NCBI GenBank assembly: GCA_905236245.1
Contig: CAJOPC010000029.1
Location: 384-64,383 of the forward strand
DNA from: an uncultured Alphaproteobacteria bacterium
Lineage (GTDB): Bacteria > Pseudomonadota > Alphaproteobacteria > CAAHEQ01 > UBA3637
Reading direction: 5' to 3'
Length of the DNA: 64,000 nucleotides
A program made the position numbers and the translations under genes. Below, piece after piece: positions 9,797-18,887 of the stretch; the stretch's first letter is position 1, and every line of letters starts with the position of its first letter. Under the pieces are notes generated by a model that had not been told where the DNA came from, searched no databases, and worked only from the letters and a program-made list of their open reading frames with translations.

Positions 9797-11857
9797 TTAT
9801 TGTTCTTGTTGTTCTTGTTCTTTACGTTTTCTATCCAATAATTCTTGATCGCAAATTGGACAGTATTTATGTTCACCCGCAATGTAACCATGTTTTGGGC
9901 AAATAGAATAAACGGGTGTCACGGAAACATAAGGCAGTTTGTAATTTTCCAACACACGTCTAATCAAATCTTTACAAGCAGCCGATGATGAAATCCTTTC
10001 CTTCATGTAAAGGTGTAGCACCGTACCACCAGTATATTGTGTTTGTAAATCGTCTTGATAATCCAATGCGACAAACGGGTCATCCGTAAAGCCCACCGGC
10101 AATTGAGATGAGTTCGTATAATATGGAGCATCCTTTGTCCCCGCCTGGATAATGTCCGGAAAACGCTTTTGATCTTCTCTAGCAAAACGATATGTTGTTC
10201 CCTCCGCAGGCGTTGCCTCCAAATTATACATATTTCCTGTTTCTTCTTGGAAAGTGACCAATTTTTCACGCATATGTGTCAACAACTTTTTGGCAAATTC
10301 ACGGCCCCATTCGGTTGTAATATCTTCTTTATCATTCGTAAAATTGCGAATCATTTCATTGATACCATTGACACCAATTGTTGAAAAATGTGATTTAAAA
10401 CGGCCTAAATAACGCTTTGTATACGGATACAAACCTCTTTCCAAATGCATCGTAATTGTTTGGCGTTTGAGCTCCAAAGATTTCTTGGCTAACTCCATTA
10501 ATTCATCCAAACGTCTATACATGCCCTCTTCATCACCTTTAAACAGGTAGCCCAAGCGCGCACAGTTGATTGTCACCACACCAATCGATCCAGTTTGCTC
10601 TGCAGATCCGAATAAACCACCACCACGCTTTTTCAGCTCTGTTAAATCAAGGCGCAAGCGACAGCACATACTACGCACATCAGAAGGCTTCATATCCGAA
10701 TTCAAGTAGTTTGAAAAATACGGCAATCCATATTTTGCTGTCATTTCAAACAACAAATCAATATTTTCGGAATCCCATGGGAATTCGCTTGTAATATTAT
10801 ATGTCGGAATTGGGAAAGTAAATGGCCGACCTTTGGCATCTCCTTCACCCATCACCTCCAAAAATGCACGGTTGATCATATCCATTTCTTTTTGTAATTC
10901 ACCATAGGTAAAGGGCTGTTCTTCCCCACCGATAACAGGATGACGATCTTTTAAGTCAACAGGGCAAGTCCAATCAAAAGTCAAATTCGTAAAAGGTGTT
11001 TGTGTTCCCCAACGGGATGGCACATTTAGATTAAAAATAAAAGATTGCATTGCCTGTTTTACATCTTCGTATTTCAAATTTTCCATACGGATAAATGGAG
11101 CCAAATAGGTATCGGCCGAAGAAAATGCCTGTGCACCCGCCCATTCGTTTTGAAGTGTTCCCAAGAAATTTACCATTTGAGAAAAAGCACTCACCAAATG
11201 ACGAGGCGGTTTTGACTCTGTCTTATTCGGCACGCCATTAAAACCTTCCTGCAATAACACACGCAAAGACCATCCGGCACAATATCCGGCCAACATGTCC
11301 AAATCATGGATATGATAATCACCTTCTTTATGGGCCGCCCCGATTTCAGGTGTATAAACATGTTTTAACCAATAATTGGCAACTACCTTACCAGACACAT
11401 TCAAAATCAAACCACCCAATGAATATCCCTGGTTTGCGTTTGCATTCACGCGCCAATCCGAACGATCCAAATATTCATTAATGGAGGAAACGGCATCCAC
11501 AATAGCTTGTTGATCCTTACGTTGACGATCCCGTTGTTCGCGATAAACGATGTAAGATTTCGCCGTCTTATAATAATTAGAAGAAATTAAAACTTGTTCT
11601 ACAACATCTTGAATCTGTTCAATCGTCGGCACAACGGCCCCACCAAAACGATGGCGCAACACTTTAATAACTTGACCAGCCAACAATTCGGCCTCTCCGT
11701 CTCCAAACTCACCTGTTGCGGTACCGGCTTTAGAGATAGCTACAACAATCTTTTGGCTATCAAAAGAAACTTGGGAACCATCCCGCTTAATAACCCCGGA
11801 CAATGGTCCTGCATCCAACATATCATTTTCTCTTTTATTTTGAACAACTTCCAACAT
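9797..11857 (-). CDS. nrdD: anaerobic ribonucleoside-triphosphate reductase large chain (ATP-cone, barrel, Zn ribbon) lacking the glycyl-radical tail
   Basis: ATP-cone VIKRDGSQVSFDSQKIVVAISKA, SMCCRLRLD active-site motif, C-terminal CPKHG...CPIC ribbon. The start is placed at MLEVV (11857) because an NrdR-box-like palindrome lies in the longer ORF extension; M38 is an alternative start. Confidence 0.85.
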   Translation of the reverse strand: MLEVVQNKRENDMLDAGPLSGVIKRDGSQVSFDSQKIVVAISKAGTATGEFGDGEAELLAGQVIKVLRHRFGGAVVPTIEQIQDVVEQVLISSNYYKTAKSYIVYREQRDRQRKDQQAIVDAVSSINEYLDRSDWRVNANANQGYSLGGLILNVSGKVVANYWLKHVYTPEIGAAHKEGDYHIHDLDMLAGYCAGWSLRVLLQEGFNGVPNKTESKPPRHLVSAFSQMVNFLGTLQNEWAGAQAFSSADTYLAPFIRMENLKYEDVKQAMQSFIFNLNVPSRWGTQTPFTNLTFDWTCPVDLKDRHPVIGGEEQPFTYGELQKEMDMINRAFLEVMGEGDAKGRPFTFPIPTYNITSEFPWDSENIDLLFEMTAKYGLPYFSNYLNSDMKPSDVRSMCCRLRLDLTELKKRGGGLFGSAEQTGSIGVVTINCARLGYLFKGDEEGMYRRLDELMELAKKSLELKRQTITMHLERGLYPYTKRYLGRFKSHFSTIGVNGINEMIRNFTNDKEDITTEWGREFAKKLLTHMREKLVTFQEETGNMYNLEATPAEGTTYRFAREDQKRFPDIIQAGTKDAPYYTNSSQLPVGFTDDPFVALDYQDDLQTQYTGGTVLHLYMKERISSSAACKDLIRRVLENYKLPYVSVTPVYSICPKHGYIAGEHKYCPICDQELLDRKRKEQEQQEQ

Positions 11858-11880
11858 TTTGTTACAGTTTCCTTTAAAAA

Positions 11881-11896
11881 ATACTATATATTGTGT
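11881..11896 (-). promoter_or_regulatory. NrdR-box-like palindrome upstream of nrdD
   Basis: The minus strand reads ACACAATATATAGTAT. This matches the 16-bp NrdR consensus acaCwAtATaTwGtgt at 15 of 16 positions. Only one copy was seen. Confidence 0.4.
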
Positions 11897-12169
11897 TTTT
11901 TTGTTTTTTATTCTTTCCCTATTAAACTCCAAAATAAATTCAAGTCAACAAAAAAAATCACTTTTTTTCATCTTTTTTATAAGTCATTAAAAAACAAGAT
12001 TTTTTATTTCTATTTTTTCTTTAAAATTTTCGCTAAATCCCTTTATTTTTTAGACAAAGTTTTAGCGCAAATTTAGTTAATATTTTATCACTTTTTCAAC
12101 AAAGCTTATTATTTATCGCATAAACGGATATTCGAAACGAATCGTTCCGTTAAATAGAAAAAATAAAGT

Positions 12170-12835
12170 CTACGATTTACGCAAATTTTTATAACTTCTA
12201 ATGTTTAAAATCAGCTCTATTGCCGCAAAAAGGACGAGGAAATACCCTAAAAGCTCTCCACCTTCCTCGATCATACGACGAATCGGCTTGCCCAAACCAA
12301 AGTCATCTCCGCCTAAAACCGCAGCGATCATGGGCTTATGTCCGATACATTCTGATACAGGAATAATCACAATCATCGCGGCCATCATTAAATGAAATGC
12401 CGGCATTTCAAAAAAAGAAAACAGATATTTTTTTAATCCTTTAAAACGAAGCCCCATGTAACAGGTTGCCGCCATCGGAAAAACAAAACAAAACTTCCAG
12501 CTGATTAAGGGAATATGTGCATCTAAAAAAGCGTCCTGCTCTCGGCAAAGCGCGAAAAGACAAAGAGAACCAAACGCAACCAACAAAGGTCGCCAATTTT
12601 TATATAACACAGCACACCAACCAAAAAGGAGCATGGCAACAGCCAACACAACACATTGAATATTTTCAACAAGACCGCCTTCGTTAAATATGACTTCATG
12701 ATACCAGGCGCCCAATTTCCACAAGAACATTGTGATCAAGACCAAACATGTTGTATACGCCACTTGGCGAACAACCATCCATATAATGTTCTGCTCTCGT
12801 TGAGAAACTATTGACACGATTAAATTCCCTTTCAA
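12170..12835 (-). CDS. polytopic membrane protein, function unknown
   Basis: 221 aa with about 6 hydrophobic segments and no recognisable motif. Confidence 0.5.
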   Translation of the reverse strand: MKGNLIVSIVSQREQNIIWMVVRQVAYTTCLVLITMFLWKLGAWYHEVIFNEGGLVENIQCVVLAVAMLLFGWCAVLYKNWRPLLVAFGSLCLFALCREQDAFLDAHIPLISWKFCFVFPMAATCYMGLRFKGLKKYLFSFFEMPAFHLMMAAMIVIIPVSECIGHKPMIAAVLGGDDFGLGKPIRRMIEEGGELLGYFLVLFAAIELILNIRSYKNLRKS

Positions 12836-12920
12836 TGGAATACTATCCTATTTTTTAAATAAAGGCAATAAAAAACATCATATTGTATGCACCACTTTCC
12901 GACATAAGGCCTGTTTCAAC

Positions 12921-12949
12921 TTGACATCACCCTTTTTTTACGATATAAT
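12921..12949 (+). promoter_or_regulatory. consensus sigma70 promoter for tRNA-Gly
   Basis: TTGACA (12921-12926), 17 nt, TATAAT (12944-12949). The tRNA 5' end lies 10 nt downstream. Confidence 0.55.
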
Positions 12950-12958
12950 TTCGGGCAT

Positions 12959-13032
12959 GCGGATGTAGTACAATGGTAGTACAGCAGCTTCCCAAGCTGA
13001 ATACGAGGGTTCGATTCCCTTCATCCGCTCCA
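12959..13032 (+). tRNA. tRNA-Gly (anticodon CCC), CCA encoded
   Basis: Manual cloverleaf: acceptor GCGGATG/CATCCGC, D arm GTAC/GTAC, anticodon loop TTCCCAA, T arm GAGGG-TTCGATT-CCCTT, terminal CCA. Length 74 nt. Confidence 0.9.
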
Positions 13033-13035
13033 AAG

Positions 13036-13068
13036 TCTGGCGATTATTTATTTCGCTAGATTTTTTTT
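13036..13068 (+). terminator. intrinsic terminator after tRNA-Gly
   Basis: TCTGGCGA / TCGCTAGA stem (one G-U pair), 9-nt loop, followed by T8. Confidence 0.55.
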
Positions 13069-13112
13069 ATAATCAATTTAACTTTCAGCAAACAAAAATA
13101 GGAAAATTTTCC

Positions 13113-13141
13113 TTGACTTTTAATATGATTTATGTTATAAT
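13113..13141 (+). promoter_or_regulatory. near-consensus extended -10 promoter for the orphan tail-fibre gene
   Basis: TTGACT (13113-13118), 17 nt, TGT-TATAAT (-10 at 13136-13141). A 125-nt leader follows. Confidence 0.55.
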
Positions 13142-13213
13142 CCTTTTTGTTAAAAGTGATAATTGTAATCACATCATTTTTAACATTTTATCAAATTATG
13201 TATCTTCAAAAAA

Positions 13214-13240
13214 GTCTTAGCTCCAAGCTAAGGCTTTCTT
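13214..13240 (+). terminator. terminator-like hairpin inside the tail-fibre leader (putative attenuator)
   Basis: GTCTTAGCT-CCA-AGCTAAGGC stem-loop, preceded by A6 and followed by TTTCTTGTT. It sits 27 nt upstream of the ATG at 13267. Confidence 0.35.
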
Positions 13241-13266
13241 GTTAATTAGCAAATGAAAGGTATTAA

Positions 13267-14295
13267 ATGACAAATCACATAAAAATTTATGGGGTAGTTC
13301 CCCGCAAACAATATGTTGCCGACGGAAATACAACAACTTACGAATTTCCGTTTGCAATTTTTTCAGCAGATGACTTGGAAGTCTATTTAAACGAAACCAA
13401 GCAATCCAGCTCTCTTTACACCGTTACTGGAATTCGAAATTCTGATGGAGGTAGTGTGACATTTACAACTGCACCCACAAATAACACTATCATTACAATT
13501 GTCCGCAATTTATCCATAGAACGCACAAGTGATTTCCAAGAAGGTGGAGCCCTACGGGCAGACACTTTAAATGATGAATTGGATTACCAAATTGCCTGCC
13601 AACAGCAACTTGCCGACAATTTAAATCGCAGCATGGTTTTACCTCCTTATGCGGCGGATAACAATCTCAGCCTAACCCTGCCCTCCCCATCGGCGGGGAA
13701 AGCCATCATATGGAACACAAGTGGAACAAATTTGGAAAATTCTACAATTGCTGTCAACGAGTTAGAAAGCACCTTAAAAAGTTATAAAGAAACTGCACAA
13801 AGTGCCGCCTCTACCGCCACAACGAAAGCCAACATTGCCGCCGACAAAGCAACTATTGCTACGACCCAAGCACAAACGGCCACCACACAAGCCGGCATTG
13901 CAACCACCAAAGCCACAGAAGTCGCCACCGCCCTATCCGGCAAAGCGAATAAAGATATGGACAACCTATCTGACACAGGAAAGGCCAGTTTGCTTTCTTT
14001 AAACATTCCCGATTATAGTGCCGGCATAACAATCTCCGTTCCTAAGAGTTCCGAAACATATACAGCGCCTAAAGCAGGCATTTATGTCTTGTGTTATACA
14101 AATGCATCATCTGTCAGTGGCAAATATCTCACCGTCAACGGATCTAATGTCTATGGCTTTGAATATACAAGCACAGGAAATCCAGAACGCAATGCTATAA
14201 TTGTGTTAGATAAAGATGATGTTTTATCCTCCGACACAAACTCCGTTCCGGGGAACATTAAATTTTCAATTTTCTATCCATTGAAAGGAGCATAA
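13267..14295 (+). CDS. T7-type tail fibre protein (gp17-like N-terminal tail-attachment domain, Ala/Thr-rich shaft, unknown tip)
   Basis: 342 aa. YVADGNTTTYEFPFAIF...ITIVRNLSIERTSDFQEGGALRADTLNDELDYQ aligns by eye with T7 gp17 residues about 10-115 (YQLDGSNRDFNIPFEYL...[33 protein letters not shown]). A shaft-like repeat region follows (TKANIAADKATIATTQAQTATTQAGIATTKATEVATA). Confidence 0.8.
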   Translation: MTNHIKIYGVVPRKQYVADGNTTTYEFPFAIFSADDLEVYLNETKQSSSLYTVTGIRNSDGGSVTFTTAPTNNTIITIVRNLSIERTSDFQEGGALRADTLNDELDYQIACQQQLADNLNRSMVLPPYAADNNLSLTLPSPSAGKAIIWNTSGTNLENSTIAVNELESTLKSYKETAQSAASTATTKANIAADKATIATTQAQTATTQAGIATTKATEVATALSGKANKDMDNLSDTGKASLLSLNIPDYSAGITISVPKSSETYTAPKAGIYVLCYTNASSVSGKYLTVNGSNVYGFEYTSTGNPERNAIIVLDKDDVLSSDTNSVPGNIKFSIFYPLKGA

Positions 14296-14296
14296 T

Positions 14297-14602
14297 ATGA
14301 AAAAGCATGCTAAAATTACAAATGAAACGACAAAAGAATGTTCTGTTGGCTTTGGAACAAACACAGAATTTTATCAATCCATCGGGATGACAGAAATGGA
14401 CGTGGAACAAGCCTATAATGGTTCGTGGTATGTTACCGGATATGCCCCAACGGAACCAGAAAAAAGCTATGCCGAAAAAAGAAAAGCCGAATATCCTTCT
14501 ATCGAAGATCAGTTAGATATGATCTATTGGGACAAAATAAATGGAACCAATTTATGGCAAGACAAAATTACTGAGATAAAAGAAAAATATCCCAAAATTT
14601 AA
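14297..14602 (+). CDS. hypothetical protein translationally coupled to the fibre gene (possible fibre chaperone or accessory protein)
   Basis: 101 aa. Its ATG is 1 nt after the fibre stop. The role is inferred from position only. Confidence 0.45.
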   Translation: MKKHAKITNETTKECSVGFGTNTEFYQSIGMTEMDVEQAYNGSWYVTGYAPTEPEKSYAEKRKAEYPSIEDQLDMIYWDKINGTNLWQDKITEIKEKYPKI

Positions 14603-15336
14603 AGCCCTCGCCCTCGGCCCGTCATACGTTTGATGGGCCGAATTTTATTATTTGCATTTACGGAATTAAGCTCATCTACCGTATCAATTTCTATAATCTT
14701 TTCTTTCCCTATAGGTAAAACTTTTAATGCCAAAGAAGACAAGTTTTCATTGACAACTTCATCCCAAAATAAATTTCTATCTAAGCTCTTTGCATATTTT
14801 TCCTGAATCTTTTCGGCGATATAAGCGGCCTCCTTTTTTTTGAAGAAAGAAATCCCCGTCATGTTATAGCAATTATTGCCATTTTTACCGACTCTGGTTA
14901 TATATCCTCTGCTGTTGATATCAAAGACCCAATCATCAGACCTTCCCCTAATCATTTTTCCATAATAACCGGAAAATGTTGGGATAGGCATTAATATATT
15001 CGGATCCGGGATGTATAAATCCGCCTCACAAACAAAACAATCATCCTGCTTCATAAACTCAGCAGCATAATAAATGGACGATATATTATTTGCAGAATTA
15101 TAATCTGGATTGTGAATCAAGGTAATATTCGGATATTTATCTTTCAAATACTCAAACTGTTCGGCCAAATATCCGACAACAACATATATGTCGCGCACAT
15201 TGGCCGCCTGTAAACTTTTGAGAATAGACTCAATCATAGGCTCTCCATGCACTTTGATTAAGGGCTTAGGCCTGTTCTCCGTCAAAGGCCGCATGCGTGT
15301 TCCCAATCCAGAAGCCATTAAAATTGCATTAGTCAT
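14599..15336 (-). CDS. LicC/PntC-like nucleotidyltransferase (predicted phosphonate cytidylyltransferase)
   Basis: 245 aa. N-terminal ILMASGLGTRMRPLTENRPKPL NTP-transferase motif. Last gene of the phosphonate operon. Confidence 0.75.
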   Translation of the reverse strand: MTNAILMASGLGTRMRPLTENRPKPLIKVHGEPMIESILKSLQAANVRDIYVVVGYLAEQFEYLKDKYPNITLIHNPDYNSANNISSIYYAAEFMKQDDCFVCEADLYIPDPNILMPIPTFSGYYGKMIRGRSDDWVFDINSRGYITRVGKNGNNCYNMTGISFFKKKEAAYIAEKIQEKYAKSLDRNLFWDEVVNENLSSLALKVLPIGKEKIIEIDTVDELNSVNANNKIRPIKRMTGRGRGL

Positions 15337-16472
15337 TCTTTATCCTTATAAATAACAGGGATTTGTATTTTGTAATACATCAATGCTTCTTTAAGAACAA
15401 CAAAAAAGTCCTTCACATCTTGTTCATCTATGGCACCCAAAGCACATAATCTGAAAGTATTGGTAGACGAAATTTTGCCCGGGTAAATCGTAAACCCTCT
15501 TTCATAACAATAATCATGCACTTTTTGGAAGTCCCAATTCGGGTCATCCGGATACAAAACCGACACAACTAATCCAGCCTGCAATTCACGTTTAATAACA
15601 TCTTTAAATCCTAATTCATCCAATCCTGCATGAATAGCGTTAAAAATGCGTGTGTGCCGTGCCCACTTCGCCGATTCTCCTTCCTCAAAATATTCTTTTA
15701 AAGCTTGAACTGTCGCATAAATAGTTTGAACTGGCGGCGTAAAATGCATCTCGCCCGTTTTATTAAAATAATCATATTGCAAATATAAATTGCAATAATA
15801 AGAACGCTTCGGATAATCTTTTGAAGCTTCAATTACCTGTTTATTGCCAATAACAAAAGATAAGCCGGTCATTGACATCAATCCTTTTTGAGCAGAAGCC
15901 ATACAAAAATCAATATTGTCCTCTTGCATATTGATCGGCCGCATCGCCAACGTCGAAGTTGTATCGACAATGAATATGGTGTTATATTTATGTGCGATTG
16001 CACCGATTTCACGTATTGGATTCAACAATCCGGTTCCCGTTTCATTGTGTGTTGTATAAACAATACCAATGTCGGGATTGTTTTTTAATGTTTCTTCAAC
16101 CTGCTCCAAATCTGGTTGTTGCGTATAAGGAAATTGCAAGTTTATAAAAGGCAATCCATAGTATTCACAAACTTCTACTGCTCTTGAACTATAAGCGCCA
16201 TTATTCACAACCAAAACTTTTTTATTGGCCGGCAATAACGAATTTAAGCAAACATCAATGTTGATCGTTCCAGAACCACAAAATAAAACAGAAGCATATT
16301 TTTCCGGATCTGCATGAACAACTTTTAATAAATCTAATCGCAATTGTTTCATTAAATCTGCAAACTCTTTTTCACGAGGACAGATATCCGGTACGATTTG
16401 AGCCATTTTCACCGTATCTGTTGTTGTAGCCGGACCAGGATTCAACAAAACATTACGCTTTATATTCATCAT
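15333..16472 (-). CDS. 2-aminoethylphosphonate:pyruvate aminotransferase (PhnW/AepZ-like, class V)
   Basis: 379 aa. LLNPGPATTTDTV N-terminus and a class-V aminotransferase layout. Positioned directly after phosphonopyruvate decarboxylase. Confidence 0.8.
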   Translation of the reverse strand: MMNIKRNVLLNPGPATTTDTVKMAQIVPDICPREKEFADLMKQLRLDLLKVVHADPEKYASVLFCGSGTINIDVCLNSLLPANKKVLVVNNGAYSSRAVEVCEYYGLPFINLQFPYTQQPDLEQVEETLKNNPDIGIVYTTHNETGTGLLNPIREIGAIAHKYNTIFIVDTTSTLAMRPINMQEDNIDFCMASAQKGLMSMTGLSFVIGNKQVIEASKDYPKRSYYCNLYLQYDYFNKTGEMHFTPPVQTIYATVQALKEYFEEGESAKWARHTRIFNAIHAGLDELGFKDVIKRELQAGLVVSVLYPDDPNWDFQKVHDYCYERGFTIYPGKISSTNTFRLCALGAIDEQDVKDFFVVLKEALMYYKIQIPVIYKDKE

Positions 16473-16476
16473 CTTT

Positions 16477-17574
16477 TTATCCTTTCAAAAAATTCATAAA
16501 TATCTTTTTATTATCAACAGGGCTTTCTTTTGGGCGCCCCAAATCAGCCCGGTTTCCTTTTTGAACTTTAACTTCTAACAAATTCGTACCATCCGAGTTA
16601 TAAAACTCTAGCCATACAGACCTTAATTCATCTAAATTTTGAACAGAATAAACTCTGGTATAACCACAGCTTTTGGCTATGTCTGTAATACAAATGTTGG
16701 ATGCAACCGTCGGTTGGCCGCCAACCGAATCATGCGCTTCGTTATTGAAAACAATATGTCTGAAATTTTTTAATTTTTGGAAAGCAATAACACTTAAAGC
16801 TCCCATATGCATCAATAACGCGCCATCACCATCAAAGCAAAATACTTTGCGATCTTTTTTGGCCAACGCTATTCCCAAAGCAATGGAGGAAGCATGTCCC
16901 ATAGAACCAACTGTCAAAAAATCCTTCTCGTGGGTTTTCCTATTTTCATACAACTCGCGCGAAATCATCCCGGTAGTCGACACAATGATATCCGTGTCCA
17001 TCACCAATTTAACAATTTCTTGAATAGCAGATTCCCGACTCAATGAATAAGGGTTTAATACCTTGTCTTGAACAGATTTTTCAAAAGTCCCTTTTCTAAC
17101 AACAAAAGCAAATGGCTTTAAGGTTTGTGCCATGTATTCGGCAGCTTTTGAAACTTGAGAAATATCCTCCAAAATTTCAAATTGAACGCCCATTGTTTCA
17201 AGCAAAGGAATTGTCATTTTTCCCTGTTTGATATGCTGAGGTTCATCATGCACATCTGGTTCTCCTCTCCATCCAATAATCAACAAGGCCGGGATATTAT
17301 AAACTTCTGAATCCACCAAAGATAAAAGTGGATTGATGATATTGCCTTCTCCAGAATTTTGCATATAAACCACAGCTGGCTTTCCTGTGGCCAAATAATG
17401 TCCTGCTGCAATAGCCAATGCATTTCCTTCATTAGCGGCAATAATATTATTTTCCTTAGGACAATTTGCATAAATATGAGCACATAAATCCTTCAAAAGA
17501 GAATCCGGAACACCACAGAAAAAATCCATGTTCTCTTTTTTTAATGCGTCAAAAAAATCACTTGCTTTCAACAA
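16477..17574 (-). CDS. phosphonopyruvate decarboxylase (ThDP-dependent)
   Basis: 365 aa. [12 protein letters not shown]-terminus and [10 protein letters not shown] ThDP motif. Overlaps the pepM stop. Confidence 0.85.
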   Translation of the reverse strand: MLKASDFFDALKKENMDFFCGVPDSLLKDLCAHIYANCPKENNIIAANEGNALAIAAGHYLATGKPAVVYMQNSGEGNIINPLLSLVDSEVYNIPALLIIGWRGEPDVHDEPQHIKQGKMTIPLLETMGVQFEILEDISQVSKAAEYMAQTLKPFAFVVRKGTFEKSVQDKVLNPYSLSRESAIQEIVKLVMDTDIIVSTTGMISRELYENRKTHEKDFLTVGSMGHASSIALGIALAKKDRKVFCFDGDGALLMHMGALSVIAFQKLKNFRHIVFNNEAHDSVGGQPTVASNICITDIAKSCGYTRVYSVQNLDELRSVWLEFYNSDGTNLLEVKVQKGNRADLGRPKESPVDNKKIFMNFLKG

Positions 17575-18874
17575 CTTTCCCTCCTGGAATCAAATTGATT
17601 ATTTCTTTTATGGACATACAATATTCATCCGAAGCCTCCTTCGCGCGGTGATGCTCTAAAATGGATTTAGCAACACGCACCATCGCCGGATAAGCCGCCC
17701 GCAACATTTGATTGGCATAAATAACCACATTGATATTATTCTCGACCAACTCCTCCTCGGTGACATAAGCATAGGAGGACGGAACCACCACCAACGGCTT
17801 GCGATTTGGCAACTGGTTATATAATCTGGCAAACTCTTTTACTTCATCAAATAACTTAGATCTTGAATGGATCATAATACCATCTGCACCGGCATCCAAA
17901 TATGCTTTAGCCCGTGCAATAGCATCTTCCATTCCCTGCTCCAAAATCAAAGATTCGATTCTTGCAATAATCATAAAATTTTCAGTAACTTGATTCGATT
18001 TCCCAGAAGCGATCTTGTTACAGAAATTTTCAATAGTATCCTGTTGCTGTTTGACTTCTGTTCCGAATAAAGAATTTTTCTTGAGTCCGATTTTATCTTC
18101 AATGATAATGGCAGAAACGCCCAAGCGTTCCAATTCTCTCACCGTGAACACAAAATGTTCCGCCGGACCACCGCTATCACCATCATAAATGATCGGCTTT
18201 GTCGTCACATCTAAAATTTCAGACAACGCCGCAATTCGTGTCGAAGCATCCAAAAAACCGTTATCTGGTTTTGCTTTGGCTGTAGCCTGCGTTAGTGATG
18301 AAATCCACAATGCATCAAACTCCTCTGGGAAACCTTTATTATCCACAGTCGTTTGCTCCACGATCAATCCGCTCAATCCATTATGGGCCTCCATAACACG
18401 AACAATATCCTTGCATGCAAGCAACCTGCGCAACCGGGCCGATCTAATTTCTGGAGTCGTGCCAATTTCACGCATCACATTATTCAAAGCAGAAGATGAA
18501 ATTCCCTGAGTATAAGGCACTTCTATCAATTGACCGCCCCATTGTTTTAAGGTTTCTATCACTTTTTCTCTAGTTTTGGCCTGAGGACCAACCTTCCAAT
18601 CATCTCCATGTACCACATATTCCGGCTTAATTTTTTCCAAGTTTTTTGTGTAATCAAGCGTGGACTGCATCACCACTTCTGTTACGCCCTTCACAGATTC
18701 CATAATAATTTTACGCTGATCATACGTCATATATGGAAGATGTGAAAATTTAGCCACCGCATTATCGGTCAATAATCCAATGATAACATCACCATATTTT
18801 GCGGCTGTTGAAATAATATTTAAATGTCCCGGATGTAATAAATCCGCGCCCATACCGACATAAACTTTTGTCAT
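17558..18874 (-). CDS. phosphoenolpyruvate mutase with N-terminal cytidylyltransferase-like domain
   Basis: 438 aa. N-terminal [15 protein letters not shown] (HxGH nucleotidyltransferase), then an isocitrate-lyase/PEP-mutase-like barrel ([13 protein letters not shown]). Confidence 0.85.
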   Translation of the reverse strand: MTKVYVGMGADLLHPGHLNIISTAAKYGDVIIGLLTDNAVAKFSHLPYMTYDQRKIIMESVKGVTEVVMQSTLDYTKNLEKIKPEYVVHGDDWKVGPQAKTREKVIETLKQWGGQLIEVPYTQGISSSALNNVMREIGTTPEIRSARLRRLLACKDIVRVMEAHNGLSGLIVEQTTVDNKGFPEEFDALWISSLTQATAKAKPDNGFLDASTRIAALSEILDVTTKPIIYDGDSGGPAEHFVFTVRELERLGVSAIIIEDKIGLKKNSLFGTEVKQQQDTIENFCNKIASGKSNQVTENFMIIARIESLILEQGMEDAIARAKAYLDAGADGIMIHSRSKLFDEVKEFARLYNQLPNRKPLVVVPSSYAYVTEEELVENNINVVIYANQMLRAAYPAMVRVAKSILEHHRAKEASDEYCMSIKEIINLIPGGKVVESK

Positions 18875-18887
18875 ATTTATCCTTTCA

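Noticed and set aside
9781-9891. 37-codon N-terminal extension of the small glycyl-radical ORF, overlapping the nrdD 3' end.
   Set aside because: It is Lys/Asn low complexity read from the nrdD Glu/Gln tail in another frame. A strong RBS plus ATGATG at 9780 gives a cleaner start. The open extension is kept as a caveat: a single indel could fuse the genes.
11594-12076. 160-aa plus-strand ORF spanning the nrdD 5' end and the AT-rich intergenic region.
   Set aside because: It is antisense to the nrdD ATP-cone, then runs through poly-A/T intergenic sequence (Phe/Lys/Ile low complexity). It has no RBS.
12122-12150. Imperfect hairpin AACGGATATTCG-AAA-CGAATCGTTCCGTT downstream of the 221-aa membrane gene, as a possible terminator.
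   Set aside because: The stem is bulged and no U-tract follows on the minus strand. Support is too weak to annotate it.
13782-14006. 74-aa antisense and 66-aa alternate-frame ORFs inside the tail-fibre shaft region.
   Set aside because: They are Ala/Val- or Pro-rich translations of the GCN/ACN-rich repeat. The fibre frame is continuous and has recognisable N-terminal homology.
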